From Sedimentisphaerales bacterium (GTDB taxonomy: Bacteria; Planctomycetota; Phycisphaerae; Sedimentisphaerales; SM23-30), in NCBI GenBank assembly GCA_963663965.2, contig CAXXFK010000019.1, positions 64,001 through 128,000 of the forward strand: a DNA stretch of 64,000 bases, written 5' to 3'. Within the stretch, counting starts at the first letter, position 1; the number at the start of each line of letters is the position of its first letter. Below, one piece after another: positions 1 through 10,618 of the stretch. A model generated the notes under the pieces. It saw only the letters and a program-made list of their open reading frames with translations, did no database searches and was not told where the DNA came from. The translations under genes and the position numbers were made by a program.

Positions 1-1
1 G

Positions 2-1312
2 GCTGATGTCGAGGCCCTGGATATGGATATGATTCAGGAACTCATTGACCAGTATGTTGTCAATGAGCCCGTCATGGAACTTCCGCATGAAATCGTTCCC
101 CCTGAAGTATACCCCGCCATTCCAACTTCTGAACTCAAGGATCGTTATTGCAAAGCCCGCGAGTTGGGTGAGCGTTTGATTGCCGAACATAAAGTGGCTG
201 CCTTTACGGTAGCGGGTGGAATGGGAACCCGGCTGAACTTCAACGGTCCCAAAGGCAATGTCCCGGCCACTCCCGTCCGCAGCAAGACGCTCTTTCAGGT
301 CTTTGCAGAAGGCATTCTTGCCAATCAGCGTCGTTATAACTCAATTATTCCCTGGTATATTATGACCAGCCCGGCCAACCACGATGACACCGTAGCCGCG
401 TTTAAAAACAATGGCTATTTCGGACTTGATCCTGATAACGTCAAATTGTTCCCCCAGGGCATGATGCCCTGTTTCAGTATGGATGGCAAAATCCTTCTGG
501 CAGAAAAATATGAAATTGCCAAATCGCCCGATGGTCACGGCGGTTCACTTCGAGCTCTCTATAATAGTGGTTCCCTTGAAGATATGGCCCGGCGCGGTGT
601 TGAATATATCAGTTATTTCCAGATTGATAATCCGCTGGTCTATGTGGTCGATCCACTCTTTATCGGCCTGCATGCCCTGGATAATGCCGAAATGTCCAGT
701 AAAGCAGTAATCAAATGCGATCCACTTGAAAAAGTAGGTAATTTCGCCATTGTGGACGGCCGGATGACAGTGATCGAATACAGCGACCTGCCCGACGAAC
801 TCGCCTACAAGAAACTGGATAACGGTCGGCTGGCTTTCGAATTTGGCAGTATCGCCATACATGTCATCAGCCGTGATTTTGTCAACCGGATCAATAGCCG
901 CGGTTTTTCTTTGCCCTGGCATCGCGCCATTAAAAAAGTGCCATACATTGATAGTAGTGGCAATCTGGTCAAACCGGAAAAAACAAATGCCATCAAATTG
1001 GAAACCTTCGTCTTTGACGGCCTCCCACTGGCTGAGGGCTCAATCGTTTTTGAAATCGATCGGGATGAACAGTTCGGTCCTATTAAAAATGCCCAGGGGG
1101 TTGACAGTATCGAAAGTTCCCAGAGACTCCAGATTGCCCGGGCCGCGCGCTGGCTTCAGGAGGCCGGTGTTGCCATACCGCGCAATCAGGCCGGTGAACC
1201 CGACCTCATGATCGAAATCTCGCCCTGCTTCGCCCTTGATCCCCATGAACTAACCCACAAAAAATCCCAGCTTCGTCCTCTCAAATCAGGCGATATCGTT
1301 TATCTGGGATAA
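2..1312 (+). CDS. UDP-N-acetylglucosamine/UDP-sugar pyrophosphorylase (UDPGP type 1, UAP1-like), 5'-truncated by window edge
   Basis: Motifs AGGMGTRL..GPKG, PWYIMTS, SPDGHGG, QIDNPL, EKVG, IEYS, KLETFVFD, F.PIKN. Frame is open back to base 2. Confidence 0.88.
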   Translation, partial: ADVEALDMDMIQELIDQYVVNEPVMELPHEIVPPEVYPAIPTSELKDRYCKARELGERLIAEHKVAAFTVAGGMGTRLNFNGPKGNVPATPVRSKTLFQVFAEGILANQRRYNSIIPWYIMTSPANHDDTVAAFKNNGYFGLDPDNVKLFPQGMMPCFSMDGKILLAEKYEIAKSPDGHGGSLRALYNSGSLEDMARRGVEYISYFQIDNPLVYVVDPLFIGLHALDNAEMSSKAVIKCDPLEKVGNFAIVDGRMTVIEYSDLPDELAYKKLDNGRLAFEFGSIAIHVISRDFVNRINSRGFSLPWHRAIKKVPYIDSSGNLVKPEKTNAIKLETFVFDGLPLAEGSIVFEIDRDEQFGPIKNAQGVDSIESSQRLQIARAARWLQEAGVAIPRNQAGEPDLMIEISPCFALDPHELTHKKSQLRPLKSGDIVYLG

Positions 1313-1523
1313 GTTAAAAATGATTTACTTTCGGGGCATTTAAAAACAGTATGGATGTATGGAAATCGATAATTTATCGGACCAGCCTGTCAACAAAGCG
1401 ATATTGCCTGAAAATGATTGGAATTGACCGGCTTATTAAGTTATAATTATTGATTCTGCCGTTGTGTCTGATCATTTAATAGAATTGTTCCAGTTTTATA
1501 ATGATAATAAAGTATGGAGGATA

Positions 1524-2861
1524 ATGGCAATGCGTAATAAATTGACATGGCTTTTGTTGCTAGTGGGTTTGGTCATCAATTCCAGCTATGGCGCCAATGG
1601 CAACCTCACCGGCGATGGTTCGATAAATTCACCTTACCTGATCCAGGATTACCAGGATTTTGCCGCTTATGTCGATCCCGCCATGTACCCATACTGGGAC
1701 GTTGGCAAACATGTCCGGCTCGAAACCGATCTGGATCTCGATCCTTCCCTGGATGGCCGCGTGATTTATACTTCAGCCGTGATAGGCGGCTTCTTCCAGA
1801 ACCGTCAGAATGATTTTGCCGGATTCTTTCACGGCAACGGCCATACGATCTCCAATACCATCATTCAAGGCGATTTCAGCACTACGGAACTCGGTTTTTT
1901 TGGCAACATTAACGCCGGCGCGGTTTACGAGTTGAATCTGGTTAATTGCCAGATCAAAGCTGCCACGACTTTCGCGTCGGTTGGCATGCTTGCCGGATCG
2001 GTCTCCTTTAATGGGATTATCGAGAATTGTCATGTGGCCGGCGCCATCTCAACCAATTCAACCTTATCCGGAGTCGGTGGGCTGATCGGAGTATGTGCTC
2101 ACGATCCCATTATCCGCTACTGCTCAGCTGATGTGACCTTTACCGTGCCGAACGCCAATACGGCGGGCGGTTTCGTTGGAAATGCCTCCGGTATCATCAG
2201 CTATTGTTTTGCCACGGGGACCGTAACCGGCAGCTCTGATGTGGGTGGTTTTGTCGGTGTCAATACCGGCTATATCAATGCCTGCACTTCCAGTGGCAAC
2301 GTTCAGAGTTCCGCTATAACAATCGGCGGGTTCGCCGGCTCAAACCTGGATGGCAAGATAGTTGACTGTTATACCACCTCTACGGTCAACGGAGGAAAGA
2401 ACATTTTTAATGGCGGTGGGTTTGTCGGTAGTAACAACAGCGGCAAATTCATCCATTGCTATGCCAACAATAATATGTATGGACAGGCTTCATTTTATCT
2501 GGGTAAATTTATCGGTAAAAATTTCCAAGGCGATAATATGCTCGTGAGCTGTTTCTATAATAAAGACACCATTGGGCCCGCCAATGGCGTCGGTGATCCA
2601 GTCAATAGTCCTGGCGTTACTGGCCTGACCACAATCCAGATGGGTGATATAAACAACTTTCTCGATGCCGGTTGGAAATTTACCGGCCATGCCCCGGATT
2701 ATATCCTTCCCGTCTGGGAAATGGCCGATACCCCTCATATCGCCGCTTTGGGCAAAATAGCCATTGACGCGCAAAACTATCAGGTTGGCGACCTGAACAG
2801 TGATAATTCAACGGATATAATCGACCTTGCCATCCTGACACAAAACTGGTTGGCAGAATAG
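1524..2861 (+). CDS. Secreted GLUG-repeat protein with C-terminal dockerin-like tail
   Basis: GGAGG before ATG 1524, signal peptide, GDGS..SPYLI, F.GNGHTISN, repeated (V/A)GG(F/L)(V/I)G.N, terminal GDLNSDNSTDIIDLAILTQNWL. Confidence 0.8.
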   Translation: MAMRNKLTWLLLLVGLVINSSYGANGNLTGDGSINSPYLIQDYQDFAAYVDPAMYPYWDVGKHVRLETDLDLDPSLDGRVIYTSAVIGGFFQNRQNDFAGFFHGNGHTISNTIIQGDFSTTELGFFGNINAGAVYELNLVNCQIKAATTFASVGMLAGSVSFNGIIENCHVAGAISTNSTLSGVGGLIGVCAHDPIIRYCSADVTFTVPNANTAGGFVGNASGIISYCFATGTVTGSSDVGGFVGVNTGYINACTSSGNVQSSAITIGGFAGSNLDGKIVDCYTTSTVNGGKNIFNGGGFVGSNNSGKFIHCYANNNMYGQASFYLGKFIGKNFQGDNMLVSCFYNKDTIGPANGVGDPVNSPGVTGLTTIQMGDINNFLDAGWKFTGHAPDYILPVWEMADTPHIAALGKIAIDAQNYQVGDLNSDNSTDIIDLAILTQNWLAE

Positions 2862-2902
2862 AAGCTCTAACGCAAGTAGATACTGTTTTATCTGGATAAA
2901 TT

Positions 2903-4291
2903 ATGTATATAAAAAAATGCCTGATTCTGGGTCTGTTCGTATCATATTGTCTGGGCGCGGATTTCTACGTCGCACCCAATGGCAGTAACAATAACACCGG
3001 AGCCATCGATTCCCCCTGGCACGATCTCACTCATGCCGCTGCCCAGGTCAAGCCGGGTGATACGATCTTGATTCGCGGGGGTGTCTATCGCAATTCCCAG
3101 CAAATTAACAGTGGCAATGGCGCCCAATCGGGAACCGAAGAGAATCCCATCAAAATTGTTAATTATCCCGAGGAAACGCCCCGGTTTCTCGGTTCACAAA
3201 ATTTCAGCTCACTGAAACAATGGTATCAAGTATCCGACTTCGTATGGCGCACGGAAGAAAAATCCATTCCCGCCTATGATGTCGGTTGTGTCTGGCACGA
3301 TGAACAACCCTCCGAACAGAAAACCGCCCTTGACCAGTTAAAATCCCCCTGGGATTTCTGGTTCGACGTTGAGCATCAATGTATCTATCTGCGTTGTGAT
3401 TCCAATCCTGCCGCTATGGCACGATCCATCGAAATCCCTGTGGCCAAGCAATGGGAACACTGGATCCGCTTGAGTGGTGTGCATCATTGGATTCTGGATG
3501 GCCTGACGATTAAATACACCAATACACATGGCATCGCCATGTCCGGCGTCCACCATATCACCATTCGCAACTGTACGGTTTCTCACGGTGGTGGCGCCTG
3601 GATCTGGGAAAATCAGCCCGTTCGTTATGGCAACGCCATCGAACTATGGAGTTCCGGCCACGATATTCTGGTAGAAAACTGCAATATCTCCCATTACTTC
3701 GACACTGGTTTTACCAATCAGGGCGACAGCGGCGATCAGTATAATATTTTTGTGCGTAACAACCATTTCCACCACGTCAAATGTGCCCTGGAACACTGGG
3801 CTACTCAAACAACCAATGTGCGTGATGTCTATTACGAAAACAATATCATTGAATATACCGGCGATAACTGGGCCAACAATTTACAAAATGTCTGGGGCGC
3901 CGTCCGTTTAATGCGTTTTCATCCCAATGGCCAGGGAGCCGATATCCCCAATACCGGTACCGTCGAAAAATTCTACGTCCGAAATAATATTATTAAACAG
4001 TGTGGTTCTTCGACAGGAGGCATGCTGCAAGCCGAATCGCCCTTTTATGAACACCCCGCCATTCGCGCTATCGGCGGCCCTTTTTCCATCGAAAATAACA
4101 TCATCGTCGATAGTCCCGCGGAAGGGATATACGCGTCAAATGGTTTTTATGGCGTCATTCGTGATAACTTGATTGTTAACAGCCACTGGTCAGGCATCCA
4201 TACCAAAGCGATATCGGATAACGCTGTTATTCAAAACAATACCCTCACAAACTGTGGCGATGCGACTCATCCGAACTATTTAAAAGAATAA
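2903..4291 (+). CDS. Secreted right-handed parallel beta-helix protein (DUF1565-like N-terminus), possible polysaccharide lyase/hydrolase
   Basis: Signal peptide, FYVAPNGSN..G..DSPW, PGDTILIRGG.Y, many I.I.NN beta-helix repeats. Confidence 0.75.
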   Translation: MYIKKCLILGLFVSYCLGADFYVAPNGSNNNTGAIDSPWHDLTHAAAQVKPGDTILIRGGVYRNSQQINSGNGAQSGTEENPIKIVNYPEETPRFLGSQNFSSLKQWYQVSDFVWRTEEKSIPAYDVGCVWHDEQPSEQKTALDQLKSPWDFWFDVEHQCIYLRCDSNPAAMARSIEIPVAKQWEHWIRLSGVHHWILDGLTIKYTNTHGIAMSGVHHITIRNCTVSHGGGAWIWENQPVRYGNAIELWSSGHDILVENCNISHYFDTGFTNQGDSGDQYNIFVRNNHFHHVKCALEHWATQTTNVRDVYYENNIIEYTGDNWANNLQNVWGAVRLMRFHPNGQGADIPNTGTVEKFYVRNNIIKQCGSSTGGMLQAESPFYEHPAIRAIGGPFSIENNIIVDSPAEGIYASNGFYGVIRDNLIVNSHWSGIHTKAISDNAVIQNNTLTNCGDATHPNYLKE

Positions 4292-4293
4292 CT

Positions 4294-4953
4294 TCAGTCA
4301 CAAAGATCCAGCCAGTTCTCAGCCAGTTTGACCAGATCGGCAGAATCGATCACACAATCATAATTCAGATCGCCCGGCAGATCCTCACCGCTAACCAGCC
4401 AGCCATCAGAGAGCCGCAGAAATTCAACGAGATTGACTGGCAATAAATTCCGTCCGGGACAATCGCAACTATCTCCAATACCATCGTTATCATGATCCAG
4501 TTGATCCTGGTTCGACTGCCCTGGACAATTATCCAGATCGTCATTGATACCATCTCCATCTGAATCCACGCATCCCACCGATGTTCCGGTCCACGACCGG
4601 AATCCGCCCAGCATGTCATAGATCCCGCTGAATCCCTTCCCATCCAGGTAGGTTGCCGCGCTGTTGCTTCGGCCGCCGCTCTGGCAATAAATCAAAACCG
4701 GTCCGGCTTGTGGCAGTTCGCTGTAACGTAATTGAAAAACTCCGGAATTCCAGGGCAGATTAATGGCGCCGGGGATATGGCCATTGCAATAATCATTGGT
4801 TTCCCTGACATCCACAATCGTCAGTTCCGGTTCATGGGCGATCAATTCAATGGCATCGGTCACACTGATATTCGTATGTGCCCAAGTGATACCCGGAAGA
4901 ATCAGATTCAGCGCCACAACAAACAAGCCCGATAATATAAAGGTCCGTTTCAT
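4294..4953 (-). CDS. Secreted rhodanese-domain protein with TSP3-like Ca-binding repeats and dockerin-like tail
   Basis: IVDVRE..DY..GHIPGA, YCQSGGRS active loop, GGF..W, DSDGDGINDDLDNCP, GDLNYDCVIDSADL..LAENWL. Confidence 0.82.
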   Translation of the reverse strand: MKRTFILSGLFVVALNLILPGITWAHTNISVTDAIELIAHEPELTIVDVRETNDYCNGHIPGAINLPWNSGVFQLRYSELPQAGPVLIYCQSGGRSNSAATYLDGKGFSGIYDMLGGFRSWTGTSVGCVDSDGDGINDDLDNCPGQSNQDQLDHDNDGIGDSCDCPGRNLLPVNLVEFLRLSDGWLVSGEDLPGDLNYDCVIDSADLVKLAENWLDLCD

Positions 4954-5198
4954 TTCTGCCTCAATAGAATTCGATTTTGGGAAAGCCGGTCTAATCGGAT
5001 CGACTAACTGTTTATCCTGTACGAATGCTTAAATTATATCAAAAACACCCGTAAAATAAAACAAAATTATCATATTGCCAAATCTCACTGACTTGGGTGA
5101 ATAAAACAAAAAAATAACTTGATAAATATATCAGGGGTATCTGACGATTTTTAGTATGGTTAAGAGTGATTAGACGTTCTCTCAATTGGAGATAAGAA

Positions 5199-5621
5199 AT
5201 GCAAGTTTATCAAATTCCCGGCAAACTGACAGTAACCTGGAATGATGAAGTAAAAGCCATCATTGATACCTGGGATAGCTATTTTGTCACGTTGGATCAA
5301 TTTCGCGAAGCCATCTTCGATAAAGGAGTCACTTTTGCCAAAGGGCGGGGTGTTCAGGCCTGGATCGTCGATTCCTCTCAGGCCAAAGGCGCCTTCTCAC
5401 AGGAAATTCAGGATTTCATCGGATCTGACGTCTTTCCAAAATTCGCTGAAATTGGCGTTAAGTATTTCATTACCATCAATTCTGAAGTCAGTGCGGTTAC
5501 CAAAATGAGCATATCGTCATATTCAGCCAAAACAGGTCCTAACGGTCTGAAACTGGTAGAACTGCATAGCGCGAGTGATGCCATTAAATGGCTTAAAGCC
5601 AATGCTATGGCTGCGGTCTAA
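5199..5621 (+). CDS. Hypothetical protein (possible SpoIIAA/STAS-like fold)
   Basis: GGAG RBS, 140 aa, WIVDSS and terminal DAIKWL pattern typical of SpoIIAA-like proteins. Confidence 0.55.
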   Translation: MQVYQIPGKLTVTWNDEVKAIIDTWDSYFVTLDQFREAIFDKGVTFAKGRGVQAWIVDSSQAKGAFSQEIQDFIGSDVFPKFAEIGVKYFITINSEVSAVTKMSISSYSAKTGPNGLKLVELHSASDAIKWLKANAMAAV

Positions 5622-8600
5622 AAACTAACGTTATTTCGGCCAACAGCAAACCAGCGATAAAATGCCGGTATCACAAATAACGTCAGTAACGTTGATGAAA
5701 TCAACCCGAATACCACAACGACCGCCAAAGGACGCTGCACTTCCGCGCCAATCCCATGCGAAACCAGCAAAGGCAACAGTCCTAGAACCGTGGTGATCGA
5801 GGTAATCAGAACCGGCCGGAACCGTTGATGGCATCCGGTTATCACCGCTTCTGACATTTCCAGGCCCTCCCGGTAAAGTTGATTGATACAGGTTACCAGG
5901 ACCATGCTATCCTGGATGGCAATTCCAAACAGGGCGATGAATCCAACCGCCGCCGGTACGGATAGATATTCTCGCATCAGTATCAGGCCCAAGACACCTC
6001 CCATCAGCGCCAGGGGAATATTCACCATGACTAACAGGGCGCTCTTAACCGAACCAAACGCCAGAAACAGCATCAGAAAGATCAGTAAAATTACCATCGG
6101 AACAATGATCGCCAGCCGGTTCATGGCACGCACCTGGCTTTCAAACTGACCGCCATATTCAACGTAATAACCATCGGGCATTTCAACTTTTTCAGCAACT
6201 CGCTGTTTGATATCCGTAATCACACTTCCCATGTCACGTCCGCGTACATTGCCTTGCACGATCCAGCGGCGCTGATTGTTTTCCCGATTAATCTGAATCG
6301 GACCGATTTCCTGATGAATCCGGGCAACCTGTTTTAAAGGAATCCGTTTGGCGTCTGGAGAAGTAACCAGCAGGTTCTCCAGTGCTTCAATAGTCTCTCG
6401 ATAGGCTTCTTCGTATCGAACCTGAATGTCGTAACGCCTGGTATTCAGAAAAATGGTATCCACCACACGGCCGCCCACGGCGGTTTCCACCAGCTCCAGA
6501 ATATCGCTGGCGTTGATGCCATAGCGGGCGCACGCCGCGCGATCGACGATCACTTGCACCTGACCTTGGCCGAAGCTCTGTTCCACGGATACATCGGCCA
6601 GGCCGGGAATATTGTCGATGCTGTTGCGTATTTCAGTAGCTTTGGCCTGCAATACGGTTAAATCCTCACCAAAAACTTTAATGGCGATCTGGGCTTTTAC
6701 ACCCGACAGCAGTTCATCGAAGGCGTTCTGAATCGGCTGGGTAAAATTCAATTGCACACCGGGATATTTTTTTAACTGGGCGTCAAGCAGTTCGATCAGG
6801 GCCGCTTTATCTTTGGCGGCCCATTGGTCTTCCGGTTGTAATTCGATATGAATTTCGGCGTAATTAACCGGATGAGGATGACTGCCCGCCTCCGGTCGCC
6901 CGATCCGGGATACCACTTCCTGTACTTCAGGGTGCTGGAGAATCAGTGTTTCCAGTTTTTGGACGGTCGTAACTGCCTGTTCCAGCGAAATCGAAGGCGC
7001 CATGGTTACCCCAATCAGAATCGAGCCTTCTTCCAGTGTCGGGATAAATTCTGTTCCCAGGCTGGGAACAGCCCAGATACTGATTCCTACTAGTAACGTG
7101 ATAAGCAACAAAAGAAAAACGGGCTGTCGTATGGACCACTTCAACAGGGGATCGTGAAGTTTTTGCAGCCAGACAAAAAAGAAAAAGTCCCTGTGTGTTC
7201 CCACGTGCAGGATATAACTGGACAAAGGAGGCACAATGACGATGGCAAACAGCAGCGATCCCAGCAGGGCAAAACACAAGGTATAGGCCATTGGGATAAA
7301 CATTTTTCCTTCCACACCCTCTAATGTCAGGATCGGAATAAATACAATAACGACAATCAACAAAGCAAATATAATGGGCTTGGCCACCTCCAGGGCGCCA
7401 TCCATAATGATATTCGTTCGAATACTTAAACTGTCCGCACTGCGGGTATTTAAATGGCGGTAAATATTTTCTACCATCACAATCGCGCCATCCACCAGCA
7501 TCCCCATGGCAATGGCGATCCCGCCCAGTGACATAAGGTTGGCCGATATGCCCGCCTGACGCATCAGGATAATCGAAATAAAAGCGCTGAAGGGCAATGA
7601 AAAGACGACAATCAGGGCGGCGCGTAAATTCCCTAAAAATAAAAACAGGACAATCGCCGCCAGGACCGCGCCCTGGAGTAATGCCATCTTGACAGTATGG
7701 GTTGCCTGGCTGACCAGTTCCTGTTGCTCATAATAAGGTTCGATATGGACGCCATCGGGTAGCGAACGTTGTACCTGCGGTAGTTTGTCATAAAGCCGCT
7801 CGATGACTTTGGAGGTGTTCTGGCCATAAAGTTGCAGTACGATTCCTGAAACGACTTCTTCCTGGCCATTGCGTGATACCACACCGCGTCGTATCGCCGG
7901 GCCATATTCAACCCGGGCGATATCCGAAATATGCAATGGCACACCTTTGATGGAACGAACCGTAATCGACTCGATGTCTTCCAATGACCTTAATAATCCG
8001 ATGCCTCGAATTAATTGCTCTTCGGAACCAGTAACCAGATATTGACCACCAACATTGGCGTTATTCTGCCGGATGGCACCAATGATATCCTCTAGCGATA
8101 ATTCGTAACGTTGCAGTGCCAGGGGATCAACATGGACCTGGTATTGCAATACGTGCCCGCCAACCGAGAGAATATCCGTGACTCCCGTAACCGTCTGCAA
8201 TTGATATTTCACCACCCAGTCATTCAGATCCCGCAAATAGGTTAATGGATCTTTTCCCTGGGTATCGACGTGCTCATCGGCGGTCAGGTAATAGATAAAT
8301 ATCTGGCCCAATCCGGTTGAGATCGGCCCCAGCTTGGGTTTGTCACGCAGGTCGGGCAACTGGGCCTGTGCCTCCGCCAGTCGTTCGGCGACCACCTGTC
8401 GGGCAAAATACATATCCACATCGTCATTAAAATAAACATACACGACCGACATGCCGAATGCCGAGGTCGATTGAATATGATGAACGCCCGGCAGACCATT
8501 CATGGTGGATTCCACCGGAAAAGTAATAAGCCGTTCGATTTCCTGCGGCGCCATGCCATCCGCTTCCGTAAAGATCGGTACCATGACCGGTGATACGTCT

Positions 8601-8719
8601 GGGAAAGCATCTACGGGCAACTGGGTATATTGCTGAATCCCTAGCGCCGTGACAAACAGAATGGCCAGGACCATTAGCATTCGATAACGTAACGATAAAT
8701 TGATTAGACGGGTATGCAT
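5618..8719 (-). CDS. czcA: CusA/CzcA-family heavy-metal efflux RND permease
   Basis: LPVDAFPD, EIERLITFPVE, ANLMSLGGIAIA.G..VDGAIV.VEN, VGFIALFGIA, RFRPVL, GAEVQRPLA. Start moved to ATG 8719, which follows GGAG. Confidence 0.93.
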   Translation of the reverse strand: MHTRLINLSLRYRMLMVLAILFVTALGIQQYTQLPVDAFPDVSPVMVPIFTEADGMAPQEIERLITFPVESTMNGLPGVHHIQSTSAFGMSVVYVYFNDDVDMYFARQVVAERLAEAQAQLPDLRDKPKLGPISTGLGQIFIYYLTADEHVDTQGKDPLTYLRDLNDWVVKYQLQTVTGVTDILSVGGHVLQYQVHVDPLALQRYELSLEDIIGAIRQNNANVGGQYLVTGSEEQLIRGIGLLRSLEDIESITVRSIKGVPLHISDIARVEYGPAIRRGVVSRNGQEEVVSGIVLQLYGQNTSKVIERLYDKLPQVQRSLPDGVHIEPYYEQQELVSQATHTVKMALLQGAVLAAIVLFLFLGNLRAALIVVFSLPFSAFISIILMRQAGISANLMSLGGIAIAMGMLVDGAIVMVENIYRHLNTRSADSLSIRTNIIMDGALEVAKPIIFALLIVVIVFIPILTLEGVEGKMFIPMAYTLCFALLGSLLFAIVIVPPLSSYILHVGTHRDFFFFVWLQKLHDPLLKWSIRQPVFLLLLITLLVGISIWAVPSLGTEFIPTLEEGSILIGVTMAPSISLEQAVTTVQKLETLILQHPEVQEVVSRIGRPEAGSHPHPVNYAEIHIELQPEDQWAAKDKAALIELLDAQLKKYPGVQLNFTQPIQNAFDELLSGVKAQIAIKVFGEDLTVLQAKATEIRNSIDNIPGLADVSVEQSFGQGQVQVIVDRAACARYGINASDILELVETAVGGRVVDTIFLNTRRYDIQVRYEEAYRETIEALENLLVTSPDAKRIPLKQVARIHQEIGPIQINRENNQRRWIVQGNVRGRDMGSVITDIKQRVAEKVEMPDGYYVEYGGQFESQVRAMNRLAIIVPMVILLIFLMLFLAFGSVKSALLVMVNIPLALMGGVLGLILMREYLSVPAAVGFIALFGIAIQDSMVLVTCINQLYREGLEMSEAVITGCHQRFRPVLITSITTVLGLLPLLVSHGIGAEVQRPLAVVVVFGLISSTLLTLFVIPAFYRWFAVGRNNVSF

Positions 8720-8738
8720 GCTGACTCCATTGTAATGA

Positions 8739-10463
8739 TCAATGCCCATGTCCGGCGTGGCTGTCGAGGGTGCTGGTGACAATTTTTGCTTTCAATTCAA
8801 ATGAGCCCTGACTGACAATTATCTGGCCGGCCTCCAGTCCGGTCAGAACTTCGATCTGGGGGCCGTTGGAACGGCCGGTTTCGATAAACTGCGGAGAAAA
8901 ATCCTCGCCATCGTAGACAAATACGCAGGCTTTTCCTTCCAGCTGTTGTACTGCCGTCTTGGGTATAACCAGTCCGGTTGCCATTGTTTCTCCGGCTATT
9001 TCGGCTGTGATGAATAATCCGGGACGCAGCGTTCCTGATTCATTGGTTGCAATGATTCGTGCGGTCACTGTTCGGGTTTCCGGGTCAAGAATCGGGCTGA
9101 GATAAGAGATGGTTCCACTAAAGACATCTGAATCTGACGACAGATGTAAAGCCACTCGCCGGCCGATGGTTATTTGAGACAGTTGGTTGGGATAGATATC
9201 CAGATCGATCCAGACGGTACTCAAATCTGCCATGGTAAACGCGTTCGAGGTTGTGTTTAATTGTTCGCCCAGTGAGATATGCCGTTCAACGATAGTGCCG
9301 CTAAAGGGACTCTTCAGTGGATACCAGCTCAATTTTGAAAATGATTCTGTTGTTTGCTGGTTTTCCTCGCGGACCAATTGACAGGATTCACAGTTGGGAT
9401 CGCTGCAATCCTCTAATGTCGCTGGGAATGCTAAGGATGAGGTCGATGCCAGTTGCTGTAATTGCTGAATCTCATCTGGACCCATTCCCATGATTGACAG
9501 GATGCGCTCCGCACCCTGTAAGGCAATGGCACGCATCTGACGATCCCGTTGTGCCTCCAGTAAATCATGCTTGATTTGATATTGAATCGTATCCAGTTGC
9601 GCCAGATAGGCGGCTTTGGCTTTTTGTAATTGATTATGACTGGCCAGAAAATCTTCCTGACTGACAATATTCTGGTCGTATAAAGACTTCTCCCGGTTAT
9701 ACTCGGTCTGGGCCAGCTGAAAATCGGACCAGGCCTGGATCAGCAGACCGCGATTAACACCCATTTCGCCATCCAGATCGATCAATGCCTCCAGATCGGG
9801 TTGAGTTTGCAGTAAGTCGATCAGTTTGGCGGTATTGTCGTGAATGGCTTGCGCCCGGTCATAAATGATAGAACAGCAACTTGTTTCGGATAAGATATCC
9901 AGATAGTCAATCTTGGCCCGGCCCAGCTCGATGCTCTCAATCCAGGCCAGGATCTCGCCCTGTTTCACATGGTCTCCCACCGATTTGTTCACCAATCGAA
10001 CTATGCCGCCTGAAACCGGTGCAATATGAGCCAGGCGATCTTCATTGAGTTTTATTCGACCGGTAAGGGTGATGCTTTTACGGAGTGTGCCTGTTTGGGC
10101 TACCATGGTTTTCAGGCCAATCAATCTCTGGCTGTCTGCGTCGAGTTGAATGGCGATCGCTTCATGGTCATGGTCGGTATGATCATCGGATTCAGGGCTG
10201 GCCACGCCATGTGCATCGGGCAGAGTTGCCTCGTGGTCATGGCCGGTATGGTCATCCTGCTGGACCGGAACGGATTCCATGGCATGCAAATCCTCCGGAT
10301 CATGTTGGGGAGGCGCATCGGCTTCGGGAATGCCTTTAGAGTCAGAATGGGTTGACGGTGCTTCTTGGCCCGAAACCGAAGATTGTCGGCTGTTAGTCAA
10401 CAGACTGAAGAACAGGATTAGCGTGGTGATCATGACGATCAGAACAAACGGTTTATGTTTCAT
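8739..10463 (-). CDS. czcB: CzcB/CusB-family RND periplasmic adaptor with His-rich N-region and Cys-rich inserts
   Basis: KSPFSGTIVER..SLGE, ADLSTVWI, TRTV..R..N..G.LRPG.F, C-terminal HAGHGH. Adjacent to czcA. Confidence 0.88.
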   Translation of the reverse strand: MKHKPFVLIVMITTLILFFSLLTNSRQSSVSGQEAPSTHSDSKGIPEADAPPQHDPEDLHAMESVPVQQDDHTGHDHEATLPDAHGVASPESDDHTDHDHEAIAIQLDADSQRLIGLKTMVAQTGTLRKSITLTGRIKLNEDRLAHIAPVSGGIVRLVNKSVGDHVKQGEILAWIESIELGRAKIDYLDILSETSCCSIIYDRAQAIHDNTAKLIDLLQTQPDLEALIDLDGEMGVNRGLLIQAWSDFQLAQTEYNREKSLYDQNIVSQEDFLASHNQLQKAKAAYLAQLDTIQYQIKHDLLEAQRDRQMRAIALQGAERILSIMGMGPDEIQQLQQLASTSSLAFPATLEDCSDPNCESCQLVREENQQTTESFSKLSWYPLKSPFSGTIVERHISLGEQLNTTSNAFTMADLSTVWIDLDIYPNQLSQITIGRRVALHLSSDSDVFSGTISYLSPILDPETRTVTARIIATNESGTLRPGLFITAEIAGETMATGLVIPKTAVQQLEGKACVFVYDGEDFSPQFIETGRSNGPQIEVLTGLEAGQIIVSQGSFELKAKIVTSTLDSHAGHGH

Positions 10464-10618
10464 GGCAATACCTCAACTAATTGTCTTATTGTGCCGTTTC
10501 AGTTGTCTTGTTTTATGCGTGTTTATTGGTCCCGATTAATCGGGATTTGAGATTCGGCTGTTTGGCTATTTGATTTGGTTACAGTTTGACTGCCCTGGGC
10601 TCCGGCGATGGCCGGACG